A DNA stretch of 38,094 nucleotides. Origin: an uncultured Syntrophobacterales bacterium (GTDB lineage Bacteria > Desulfobacterota > Syntrophia > Syntrophales > UBA5619). This document shows positions 1-7,913 of the stretch, piece after piece (positions within the stretch are counted from its first letter, which is position 1; the number at the start of each line of letters is the position of its first letter). The position numbers were made by a program, and so were the translations under genes. The stretch lies in assembly GCA_903903205.1 (NCBI GenBank), contig CAIUXU010000189.1, positions 1 through 38,094 on the forward strand. Direction: 5' to 3'. A model generated the notes under the pieces. That model had not been told where the DNA came from. It saw only the letters and a list, made by a program, of their open reading frames with translations, and ran no database searches.

Positions 1-389
1 AAGACCTCTACCGCCCCCGAAAATCGTGGGGCCTGCCGGAAATTCTCAAGGCGGATGGTCGACCGAAGGCGCTCTGCATCCCGCGCGGCCTGGTCATCCC
101 CTACATCTCCGGCGGTATCATCCAACGGATTCGGATCCGCCGCCCGGAACACCATCGGACAGAACAATGGCCCGCGCCCTACTACGTCCTGCCGGGTTCG
201 GCGATGCCGACGATGCTCCTCGGGCGGGAGCGGCGCGCGTTTGTCGTCGTCGAGTCGGAGTTGGATGCGATTGCCTGCTGCTCGGGAAATTCCCTGGCTG
301 GCGCCGTCGCCCTCGGGTCGGTCAGCGCGAAACCGGATGCGGATACCTTCACTGTCCTCCAGGGCGCGCTCCAGATCCTCAATGCACTC
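1..389. repeat. Left copy of the 389-bp window-end overlap (inside the primase gene)
   Basis: Aligns without gaps to 37706..38094. There are 7 mismatches, at 92, 182, 191, 218, 242, 284 and 290. Confidence 0.97.
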
Positions 390-992
390 GACTTTGATGC
401 GGCTGGGAAGCAAGCGATGGCCTGGTGGGTGGAGCATTTCCCCCGGTGTAAGCGGTGGCCTGCGCCAAAAGGCAAAGATCCGGGCGATGCTGTCCGGCTG
501 GGGATTGATTTGGAGGGATGGATTAAAGGGGGGTTGCCGCCTGCGTTAACGATTTGCGCGCCGAAAACGGGAGAAAATGGGAAAACGGGGCGGCCGACAG
601 CGGCAAGTAAGGGGTCAGAGCGGCCGACAGCGGCAAGCAAGACGTCGGATCATGTTGCCGGCGTCGGCCAAGTGATCGATGTGGCGGAGGCGGCGCCCGC
701 CTTCCCCGTTCGTTCTGAGCCTATTGAAAGAGCTCCCGCCGCCGGACAGCCTATCACGAATCCGCCCGGCGACGACGGCCCTCTCTCGCCTCCATTGCGC
801 GAGCTGTACCTGCTGCTGAGAAACAACCCGACCGTGCGGATCATCAACACGGCGACCCGCTACACGGTTCTGAGAAACGGGCGGTATGTCGGTGGAAGAA
901 TCAATGAACTGGTCTTCCGCGATCAAGAGTGCATGAAATACCTCGCAAACCACCCCGCCGAAGAGATCCACGCGGGGAATTATGTCGTATAA
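3..992 (+). CDS. DNA primase, Toprim-containing C-terminal part (5' partial; continuation of the ORF opening at 37216)
   Basis: Frame 3 is open from the window edge (DLYRPRKSWGLPEILK...) and matches the frame and sequence of 37706 onward. Toprim-like motifs are VVVESELDAI (Glu) and LDFDAAG (DxD). Stop TAA is at 990-992. Track ORF 204..992 is only its internal-Met tail. Confidence 0.85.
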   Translation, partial: DLYRPRKSWGLPEILKADGRPKALCIPRGLVIPYISGGIIQRIRIRRPEHHRTEQWPAPYYVLPGSAMPTMLLGRERRAFVVVESELDAIACCSGNSLAGAVALGSVSAKPDADTFTVLQGALQILNALDFDAAGKQAMAWWVEHFPRCKRWPAPKGKDPGDAVRLGIDLEGWIKGGLPPALTICAPKTGENGKTGRPTAASKGSERPTAASKTSDHVAGVGQVIDVAEAAPAFPVRSEPIERAPAAGQPITNPPGDDGPLSPPLRELYLLLRNNPTVRIINTATRYTVLRNGRYVGGRINELVFRDQECMKYLANHPAEEIHAGNYVV

Positions 993-1308
993 CAGGAGGG
1001 ATATGAAAGAGGAGTTTTATTGTGACGGCGGAGAGTTTGCCTACCCGATAAACTGGTGGGTCAATCTCGCCTACGACGAGCAAAGGATTGTAACAATAGA
1101 ACTGCAAAAGGCAGACATCCGGGGTGGGAATATGTGGTGCAAGCATCACGGCGAGTTTGCCGAGCCTGGCTGCTTCAAAGGATGTGACGCCTACGATCCG
1201 AGAAACAAAGTCAGTGGTCGGTGCAGGGATTACGTTTACGGCCTGACCGGGACGGGTATCAAATACAACATTCATCCCGACGGGAGAGTGGAAAAAGTAG
1301 GGAAGTAA
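982..1308 (+). CDS. Hypothetical Cys/His-rich small protein
   Basis: 108-aa ORF from the track. An alternative ATG at 1003 follows AGGAGG (994-999) but the spacing is short. No recognisable family. Confidence 0.5.
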   Translation: MSYNRRDMKEEFYCDGGEFAYPINWWVNLAYDEQRIVTIELQKADIRGGNMWCKHHGEFAEPGCFKGCDAYDPRNKVSGRCRDYVYGLTGTGIKYNIHPDGRVEKVGK

Positions 1309-1335
1309 ACGAAGCTTTTATGGAGGGGGGAAAAG

Positions 1336-2334
1336 ATGATCGATATATCAAATGGACGCTATTGGGATCTGCCCTGGTCGCTGGTTGATGGTTGCACGCC
1401 CTGTTCGCCGGGATGTGATCACTGCTGGTCGGCGGTAATCGCTCATAGATTCTTCCGTGAGGGCGAGCCGGGATATTGTGCGGGGATACTAACTGACGAC
1501 AAAGGCAGGTTTAACGGTGACATTATCACCCACCCCGAACGCCTCTACATCCCCTTGACGCGCCGGAGGCCTACCGTGTATGCGGTGTGGAATGACCTAT
1601 TTCATGAGGCGGTGTCGTATACTTTCATAGGTCGTGCTTTATCGTATGCGATTGGCGAGTTTCGTCATACGTTTTTGGTGCTCACAAAAAGGCCACAGAG
1701 GATGGCCGATCTTATGGGCCGCTTCTATGCCGAGTGCGACGAAAAATCACTACGGCGAGCGATTAACGTCTATTGCGGCCTCACCATATGCAATCAGGAG
1801 GAAGCGGACGAGAAGATCCCGGTGTTCCTCCAGGTGCCGGGCAAGAAGTTTCTGAGCATTGAGCCGATGTTAGGGCCGATCGACCTGTCTGGAATCGCGC
1901 TAAAGTGTTTGGAGTCGGGAACTGATTGTGGTGGCGGTATGCAAGAAAAGCGTCCCGGATGCTGGAAGGGTAATTGTATGGGAAACGCTCATGTCGATGC
2001 CGTCATCCTCGGCGGCGAGACCAGCCCCGGCGCAAGACCGATACACCCCGATTGGGCTCGATCGGTCCAGAATCAGTGCGCGGCTGCCAACGTCCCTTTC
2101 TTTTTTAAGGGCTGGGGTGAATGGCTCCCTGTTTACGACCGTGACAAGGATGATCCGGATTTTAGAAAATGTGACGGCGTGAAACTAATTACCCCGCAAG
2201 GGCGCTGGTTGAATCGCGCTGGCGGTCAAGGCTTTCATGGGGCGCGTGTGATGCGAGTTGACCGAATCGGGAAGAAACGCGCCGGTCGCCTCCTTGATGG
2301 CCAGACTTATGATGATCTGCCGTGGAATAAATAA
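1336..2334 (+). CDS. DUF5131 / phage Gp37-Gp68 family protein
   Basis: The family motif set is seen by eye: GCTPCSPGCDHCW near the N-terminus, LVLTKRPQRM, LSIEPMLGPIDL, ILGGETSPGARPIHPDWARSV and VPFFFKGWG. There is an extra Cys-rich insertion (CLESGTDCGGG...CWKGNC) before the GGE motif. Confidence 0.8.
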   Translation: MIDISNGRYWDLPWSLVDGCTPCSPGCDHCWSAVIAHRFFREGEPGYCAGILTDDKGRFNGDIITHPERLYIPLTRRRPTVYAVWNDLFHEAVSYTFIGRALSYAIGEFRHTFLVLTKRPQRMADLMGRFYAECDEKSLRRAINVYCGLTICNQEEADEKIPVFLQVPGKKFLSIEPMLGPIDLSGIALKCLESGTDCGGGMQEKRPGCWKGNCMGNAHVDAVILGGETSPGARPIHPDWARSVQNQCAAANVPFFFKGWGEWLPVYDRDKDDPDFRKCDGVKLITPQGRWLNRAGGQGFHGARVMRVDRIGKKRAGRLLDGQTYDDLPWNK

Positions 2335-3158
2335 TGGATAAGGAAGCCCTCGAAAAACTGCTTGACGGCAAGCCGAAAGAGATCCGGCATAAGGCGATCC
2401 TGCTGTTCAACGGAACGGCCACCGGCGCGAAGGCGTACCAGGACGAACCGTCTTCGGCGACCCGGCGCAACTGGGAGGATTCGGAAGCCGCACTGAACAA
2501 GTTCATCGGCGAGATAGGGTCAGCGCCTGAACCTGAGGACGACGAAGACAAGCCGCTGCGGACCATTGCCGCTGTCCTCGAATATCTGAAGGCGAACGAT
2601 TGGCGCGTCACACAGACCAGCCTTTATCGCCACCAGAAAGAGGGCAAGATCGCGCCTCGCCGCGACGGCTGCTATACGCTCCGCGATGTGGACAAATACG
2701 CTCGGAACTGGCTCAAGCAGAAATCCACAGGAAAGAAGGTTGCCGAGAAGGCGGAAGAGCAGCAGGCGAAAAAGCTGGGGCTGGAAATCAGCATCCTGGA
2801 GCAGAACGACAAGAAGTTGAAGTTTTTCAATGATCGCGAAGCGGGGCTCTACATCCCGAAGGAGCTTATGGAGATCGAACTGGCAGGGCGGGCGGGAATC
2901 CTTGACGCGGGTTTGAAGCACATGGTCCAGTCGCGCATCGCCGAATGGATACGCGCCGTCAATGGTGAAATGAAAAAACTTGGCGACCTGCTCCACCTGG
3001 TCAACAGCGACATCGACGAGCACATCAACAGCTATGCCAGCGCGCTCTCCTACCAGGTCGTGATTGAGGCCGAAGAAGACGCCCCCGCCGAAGTTACGCA
3101 AATTAGTGAATCGCCGGAAACGGAATCAAAAACAGAAGGAGGACTCGTCCCATGCTGA
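2334..3158 (+). CDS. Terminase small subunit candidate (HTH-like segment plus coiled coil, acidic tail)
   Basis: It sits immediately upstream of TerL. A central Xis/Nu1-like HTH-looking segment (TQTSLYRHQKEGKIAPRRDGCYTLRDVDKYARNWL) is followed by a K/E-rich coiled coil. The ATG overlaps the stop of the previous gene (TAATG). Confidence 0.45.
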   Translation: MDKEALEKLLDGKPKEIRHKAILLFNGTATGAKAYQDEPSSATRRNWEDSEAALNKFIGEIGSAPEPEDDEDKPLRTIAAVLEYLKANDWRVTQTSLYRHQKEGKIAPRRDGCYTLRDVDKYARNWLKQKSTGKKVAEKAEEQQAKKLGLEISILEQNDKKLKFFNDREAGLYIPKELMEIELAGRAGILDAGLKHMVQSRIAEWIRAVNGEMKKLGDLLHLVNSDIDEHINSYASALSYQVVIEAEEDAPAEVTQISESPETESKTEGGLVPC

Positions 3159-3316
3159 AAAATCAGGATCAAATCGAAATCGCGTTAATGTCCGCTCTGG
3201 TAGCGGAGAGCGTTCTTCAGCTCGTGTCGGTAGCGAGCGTCATTAGTGCCAAGAGGATCATGTCTGAAACGGTAGATAAGCTCCTAAAACTAGACGAGAA
3301 GGTAAAAAAGTTATGA
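3152..3316 (+). CDS. Small 54-aa ORF coupled between the TerS candidate and TerL
   Basis: Not in the track (too short). AGGAGGA at 3137-3143 precedes ATG 3152. It overlaps the upstream stop, and its TGA (3314-3316) overlaps the TerL ATG (ATGA). Sequence: MLKNQDQIEIALMSALVAESVLQLVSVASVISAKR... Confidence 0.45.
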   Translation: MLKNQDQIEIALMSALVAESVLQLVSVASVISAKRIMSETVDKLLKLDEKVKKL

Positions 3317-5373
3317 GTAAAATAAGCATGTTGATCGTCCATATCCCCCGAATCACCCCGTGGCTGCCGCCTTCTCTGTTGAAAACCATTGGCGAGATCC
3401 GCCACCGGGTGCAGTTCTCCGATCCGGAGCGCAGGATCTTCCGCAAGCGGCGCAAGATCCCTGTATCGCAGTGGTGCGAAAAGTTCCGCGTGCTCACCAT
3501 GTCGGTCCTGCCGGGCAAGTGGCGAAACTCCGTCACGCCCTACCTGGCCGGCATCATGGACGCCTCGTTTTTCCCGTCGGTCCGCACGGTCATCATCTGC
3601 AAGTCACCGCAGGTAGGGGGCACAGAATCAGTCCTGAATTGCATAGGCTACGCCATCGACCGCGACCCTGGCCCGGTGCTCTGTGTCTATCCGGATGAGA
3701 TGACCGCGCGCGAAAACAATTCCGACCGCATCCAGCCGATGATCAAGTCCTCCCCGCGCCTACGCTCCTACATGACCGGCGCGGACGACGACAGCAACAT
3801 GCTCAAGATCCGCCTGACCCACATGCCGATCTATATGGCCTGGGCGCACTCCGCCGCCCGGCTGGGCAACAAGCCGATCCGCTACGTCGTCTTCGATGAA
3901 ACCGACAAATACCCCGAGACCTCCGGCAAGCGCGAGACCGACCCGATCTCCCTCGGCCAGGCGCGCACGATCACCTACCGTCACAACTGCAAAATCTGGA
4001 AGATCTCCACCCCGACCACCGAGGCGGGAAACATCTGGCGCGCGATGACCGAAGAGGCGCAGGTTATTTTCGACTATTGGGCGGCCTGCCCCGCGTGTAA
4101 CGTCCTGCAGAAAATGACCTTCCGTCAGATCAAATGGGCGCACAAAACCGAGCCCGGACCCGACGGCAAATCCCACTCCGAAGAACCGGAAATGATCGAG
4201 GCGGAAAAGCTCGCGTGGTACGAATGCCCCCACTGCCTCGCTCCCTGGAACGATTATGACCGGGATGTCGCTGTGCGGAATGGCAAGTGGCGGGAGAGGA
4301 TCAAGGAGAAGGCGGAAGGTGAGCTTTCCGAAGGTCCGGTTCCCGCCCCCCTCGGCATTGCCGAATACCTCAAGTTACACCGCCCGGTGAAGATTGCCTT
4401 TCACCTGCCGTCGTGGCTGTCGCCGTTCGTCTCACTCTCCTCCCCCGCTTCCGCCTTCCTGCGCGGGATGGGCGATATGAACAAGTTCAAAGACTTCCAT
4501 AACAAGCACCTGGCCGAACCGTGGAAACTGACGATTGTCTCCCGTAGCTCCGAGGAGATCTTTGCCGCAAGGTGCGACCTTCCCCCGCAGACCGTCCCGG
4601 AAGCGGCGTTCGCGCTTACCATCGGCATCGATGTCCAGCAGCACGGATTCTGGTTCGCCGTCCGCGCGTGGTCGCCGGAGATTACAAGCTGGCTCATTCA
4701 CTATGGATTTCTTGCAACCTGGGATGATGTTGAAAAGCTGATCTTCGAGTCATCCTACCCGGTGGCCGACACGGGCCGCTCCATGCGGATCTTCCGCGCC
4801 TGTGTCGATACCGGCGGATCGAAAAAATACGAAGATATGACGATGACCGAAGAGACCTATTTCTGGGTGATCAAGAATCACGGGCGCGGCGGCTGCGCGA
4901 TCTGGGGCACAAAGGGGGCAAGCCACGCCATCGCCGGGAAGCTCAGCCTCGGCCCCGGGATCGTCTCCACTCCCAGCGGGAAAAAACTCCCCGAATCGAT
5001 CCGGATCTTGACGGTGGACACCGAGAAGGCGAAAGACCAGTACCACTACCGCCTGAAGCTGGCCATAAAGCCCGACACCCGCGACCTCCCCGGCGCCGCG
5101 TTCCTCCATGCCGACACCGGGAACGATTACGTCGCCCAGATCCTGTCGGAAGAGAAGCAGAAAGACGAAAAGGGCCGCGACTCCTGGGTGAACGTGCACA
5201 GCAGGCCAAATCACCTGCTTGATGCGGAAATCCTTGCAGGGAGTTGCGCCGAGATGGAGTTCCCCGGCGGCGGGTTGCGGCTGCTGGCCGCCTACGCGAA
5301 CCGGGATCAGGTCACACAGGAACCAAAAGACGGTAAACCGACCACAAAAATTAAGAAACCAGGGAGGTGGTAG
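3313..5373 (+). CDS. terL: Terminase large subunit, lambda GpA family
   Basis: 686 aa. GpA-like N-terminus (VSQWCEKFRVL, PGKWRNSVTPYLAGIMD), P-loop-like KSPQVGGTES, Walker B-like YVVFDETD, and a CPxC...CPHC zinc motif. Confidence 0.85.
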   Translation: MSKISMLIVHIPRITPWLPPSLLKTIGEIRHRVQFSDPERRIFRKRRKIPVSQWCEKFRVLTMSVLPGKWRNSVTPYLAGIMDASFFPSVRTVIICKSPQVGGTESVLNCIGYAIDRDPGPVLCVYPDEMTARENNSDRIQPMIKSSPRLRSYMTGADDDSNMLKIRLTHMPIYMAWAHSAARLGNKPIRYVVFDETDKYPETSGKRETDPISLGQARTITYRHNCKIWKISTPTTEAGNIWRAMTEEAQVIFDYWAACPACNVLQKMTFRQIKWAHKTEPGPDGKSHSEEPEMIEAEKLAWYECPHCLAPWNDYDRDVAVRNGKWRERIKEKAEGELSEGPVPAPLGIAEYLKLHRPVKIAFHLPSWLSPFVSLSSPASAFLRGMGDMNKFKDFHNKHLAEPWKLTIVSRSSEEIFAARCDLPPQTVPEAAFALTIGIDVQQHGFWFAVRAWSPEITSWLIHYGFLATWDDVEKLIFESSYPVADTGRSMRIFRACVDTGGSKKYEDMTMTEETYFWVIKNHGRGGCAIWGTKGASHAIAGKLSLGPGIVSTPSGKKLPESIRILTVDTEKAKDQYHYRLKLAIKPDTRDLPGAAFLHADTGNDYVAQILSEEKQKDEKGRDSWVNVHSRPNHLLDAEILAGSCAEMEFPGGGLRLLAAYANRDQVTQEPKDGKPTTKIKKPGRW

Positions 5374-5640
5374 ATGGGTACGGATACGGCGTTGTCGGGC
5401 ATGAAAGCGATTACGGATCACTGCGGGGCCATCGGTCTGCAACGCACGGAGTCATCGATCCTTCAGTTAAGGATTCAATACGGCTTTCCAATGAAGAAAA
5501 TGTTGGGTACCTGGGTGAGCGATAAACTCCAGATCGAAGAATGGCGGAAGAAATTCCTCTCCGGCGACGTGGATCAGGCGCCCTCCATTCGCCCGGAACC
5601 GCCGCTCTCCCGCCGCACGGCGACCAGGGGCCGAAGGTGA
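5374..5640 (+). CDS. Small Xis/MerR-type winged-HTH-like DNA-binding protein
   Basis: ATG abuts the TerL stop, with GGGAGG upstream. MKAITDHCGAIGLQRTESSILQLRIQYGFPMKKMLGTWVSDKLQIEEWRKK resembles the excisionase/Nu1-type HTH pattern. The C-terminal tail is basic. Confidence 0.5.
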   Translation: MGTDTALSGMKAITDHCGAIGLQRTESSILQLRIQYGFPMKKMLGTWVSDKLQIEEWRKKFLSGDVDQAPSIRPEPPLSRRTATRGRR

Positions 5641-5768
5641 CCGGCGGAAGCGGAACGGTTCATAAGGAGCGGTGGAGGGAAACCCTCAAAAAACACCCCG
5701 AAAGGGAGCGACACAAAAACAGACCGATGGACAAATAACATGCCAAATATGCGTAATGAGATAAATAT

Positions 5769-5918
5769 ATGATGTTTTCGGGGGGCATATACTTAGCTTC
5801 CGACCTCGGCCCCGATGCGATCCTCCTCTGCTGGGAATCCCCCGGCGAGGATTGCCACCGCCGCCTGATTGCCGCATGGCTCGAATCGCACCTCAAAATC
5901 AAAGTTCCTGAATTGTAA
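5769..5918 (+). pseudogene. 49-aa ORF resembling only the C-terminal third of a DUF488 protein (gene fragment / moron remnant)
   Basis: MMFSGGIYLASDLGPDAILLCWESPGEDCHRRLIAAWLESHLKIKVPEL. The LLCxE...CHRxLIAxWL motif is the DUF488 C-terminal signature as I remember it. An in-frame TGA lies at 5757-5759, upstream is locally AT-rich, and a strong terminator follows. Confidence 0.3.
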
Positions 5919-5926
5919 CCCACCCC

Positions 5927-5962
5927 GGCCCGAGGAGAGCGATCTCCTCGGGCCTCTTTTTT
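5927..5962 (+). terminator. Rho-independent terminator
   Basis: Perfect 11-bp stem GGCCCGAGGAG (5927-5937) / CTCCTCGGGCC (5944-5954), 6-nt loop, then TCTTTTTT (5955-5962). Confidence 0.8.
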
Positions 5963-5970
5963 GCCCCTCC

Positions 5971-6066
5971 AAAACCTCTGTCAACCCCGAAAACACCTCG
6001 AAAATACCCCCAAAACACCCCGAAAACACCCTCAAAACACCCCGAAAACACCCCGAAAACCCTCAA
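5971..6066. repeat. Tandem 11-bp repeat array, consensus AAAACACCCCG, seven exactly phased units
   Basis: A4 tracts start at 5990, 6001, 6012, 6023, 6034, 6045 and 6056 (period exactly 11). More degenerate copies lie at 5971-5989. An isolated copy AAAAAACACCCCGAAA is at 5688-5703. Confidence 0.9.
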
Positions 6067-6120
6067 ATTTCCGTTTCGCCAAAAAACCGCCCCTTATACT
6101 GCCCCCCAAACGGGGGAAAC

Positions 6121-6348
6121 ATGGCCTACACCTCAACCGATCTGACGAATGTCGAAACTGCAATCCGGGCGATCATCTCCGGCACGCGCACCGTCAGCCT
6201 CTCTATGGGCGACAAAACCATTCAATACACCGCCGTCGATCTGCCCGCCCTACGCTCCCTCCGGGACGAAATCAAGGCGGAGATCGGCGCCACCGCCGGG
6301 ACGTGCAGCCCTCGCACCTATGCCCGCCAGGGAGGCCGCGGAATATGA
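6121..6348 (+). CDS. gpW-like head-tail joining protein
   Basis: MAYTSTDLTNVETAIRAIISGTRTVSLSMGDKTIQYTAVDLPALRSLRDEIKAEIG follows the lambda gpW pattern and the A-W-B gene order. The start was re-placed at ATG 6121; the track ORF 5869..6348 reads through the repeat array. The TGA overlaps the portal ATG. Confidence 0.7.
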   Translation: MAYTSTDLTNVETAIRAIISGTRTVSLSMGDKTIQYTAVDLPALRSLRDEIKAEIGATAGTCSPRTYARQGGRGI

Positions 6349-7913
6349 CGAAACTGGAATCCTTCTCCGCCTCCATCATCGATCGCCTCCAGGAGTTCGC
6401 CTCGCACCGCTCCGCCCTCGCGCGCCATCGCTACCTGATCGGCATGAATCCACAGAAACGCTCCGAGATGTACGCCGCCGCGAAAACCACCCGGCTGACC
6501 GGCGCCTGGTCCATCGCAAACGCGAATGTAAACGACATCATCGGCCTCTCCAACCCCGCGATTCGCTCCCGCGTCCGCCAACTGATCCGGGATTTCCCCT
6601 ACCTGGCCCGCGCCGCGAATGTGATGGTCGATTATTCCATCGGTCCCGGCATCATGTTTCAGTCCAAGGCCAGGGGAGCAAGCGGCAAACCGGACAAACG
6701 CCGGATACAGCAGATCGAAGACGCCGTCCACTGGTGGATGGACGAAGCCGACGCAGCAGGCAAACTCCACTTCAACGAGATCATGCGTCTGGCCAAGCGC
6801 CAGGACCTTGAGTCCGGCGAATTCGTCATCGTGAAAACCTACCCGAAAACCGCGAACCGCTTCCTGCCGTTCGCCCTCCAGGTCTACGAGGCGGATTGGC
6901 TCACCGGCGCGCATGACAGTTACGGCGCCGGCGGCATCGGCATGGCGTCCGCCCCCGGCGACAAGGAGACCCGGCAGGGCATCGAATACGATAAGCAGAC
7001 CGGCCGCGTCACGGGTTACTGGTTTATGGACCCCTACTATGGCGGAAAAGAGGTCTATGTCCCCGCCGATCAGGTGATCCATGGCTTCGACACCCTTCGC
7101 CCTCAGCAGCTCCGGGGCGTCTCTCCCTTCGCGCCGGGAGTCCAGGTGGCCCACGACCTCTCCGACTACATGGATGCGGAGATCGACACGGCCAAGATGG
7201 CCGCCAAATATCTGGCCTTTATCAAGACCCCCGATCCCTCCTTCCGCCAGGATGCGCTTGCATTGAACGGCACATCCGCCTCCGGCGCGACCCAGAAGAT
7301 CGAAGAGATGGAAAACGCGATCATCGAATATCTCCGCCCTGGCGAAGAGGTGGACATCGCCCAGCACAACCGCCCCGGCGCCACCTTCGCCCCGTTCGTC
7401 CGCCTGGTTCTGACGATGCTCTCGATCACGACGGGCGCCCCCTATGAATTGATATCCGGCGATTACCAGGGCCTGAACTTCTCCACGGCGCGGATCGTCC
7501 GGAACGATTTTAGTCAGCAGCTCCGCCCGGTCTCCGTGCGGCACATCCGTCAATTCGGGATGCCTGCCCTGCGGACGATGCTGGACGTGGCCGTTTTGTC
7601 CGGGAAGCTCACGCTCCCCGGCTATTGGCAAGATCCCCGGCGCTATCAGGAAAGCGAATGGCAGCCGCCGGGAATGGAAGCGGTCGATCCGCTGCGCGAA
7701 GCAAAAAGCCAGATCGAGGCGATCAGTTACGGCCTGAAATCGCCCCAGGAGGTAGCCCGCGAGCGCGGCAGGGATCTTGAGGATATCTACGATGAAATCA
7801 AGGCCGCAAAAGAGATGGCCACAGAGATGGGGCTTGAATTCGCAAGCGCCAAGACCTCGGTGAAGAGCAACCCTGCCGCCATCCTGCAGGAAGTCGGAGG
7901 AGTCAGCACATGA
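6345..7913 (+). CDS. Portal protein, lambda (gpB) family
   Basis: 522 aa from ATG 6345 (ATGA overlap with gpW). N-terminal pattern: AAKTTRLTGAWSIANANVNDII...IRSRVRQLIRDFPYLARAANVMVDYSIGPGI. Position follows TerL/gpW. Confidence 0.8.
   Translation: MTKLESFSASIIDRLQEFASHRSALARHRYLIGMNPQKRSEMYAAAKTTRLTGAWSIANANVNDIIGLSNPAIRSRVRQLIRDFPYLARAANVMVDYSIGPGIMFQSKARGASGKPDKRRIQQIEDAVHWWMDEADAAGKLHFNEIMRLAKRQDLESGEFVIVKTYPKTANRFLPFALQVYEADWLTGAHDSYGAGGIGMASAPGDKETRQGIEYDKQTGRVTGYWFMDPYYGGKEVYVPADQVIHGFDTLRPQQLRGVSPFAPGVQVAHDLSDYMDAEIDTAKMAAKYLAFIKTPDPSFRQDALALNGTSASGATQKIEEMENAIIEYLRPGEEVDIAQHNRPGATFAPFVRLVLTMLSITTGAPYELISGDYQGLNFSTARIVRNDFSQQLRPVSVRHIRQFGMPALRTMLDVAVLSGKLTLPGYWQDPRRYQESEWQPPGMEAVDPLREAKSQIEAISYGLKSPQEVARERGRDLEDIYDEIKAAKEMATEMGLEFASAKTSVKSNPAAILQEVGGVST

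Noticed and set aside
26-640. Track ORFs 26..397, 55..549 and 182..640 (and the mirrored 37887..38087) at the window ends
   Set aside because: They are out of frame or antisense relative to the primase ORF, which carries clear zinc-ribbon and Toprim motifs across the junction.
5971-6066. Could the short tandem repeats be a CRISPR array?
   Set aside because: The units are 11 bp, contiguous and without spacers, and no cas genes are present. It is a simple phased tandem repeat.
5869-6344. N-terminal extensions of track ORFs 5869..6348 and 5961..7913, which encode repetitive PENT/PKTP/KHPE peptides
   Set aside because: These are translations of the 11-bp DNA repeat array and the terminator. Recognisable gpW and portal sequences begin at ATG 6121 and ATG 6345, and the ATGA overlap supports those starts.
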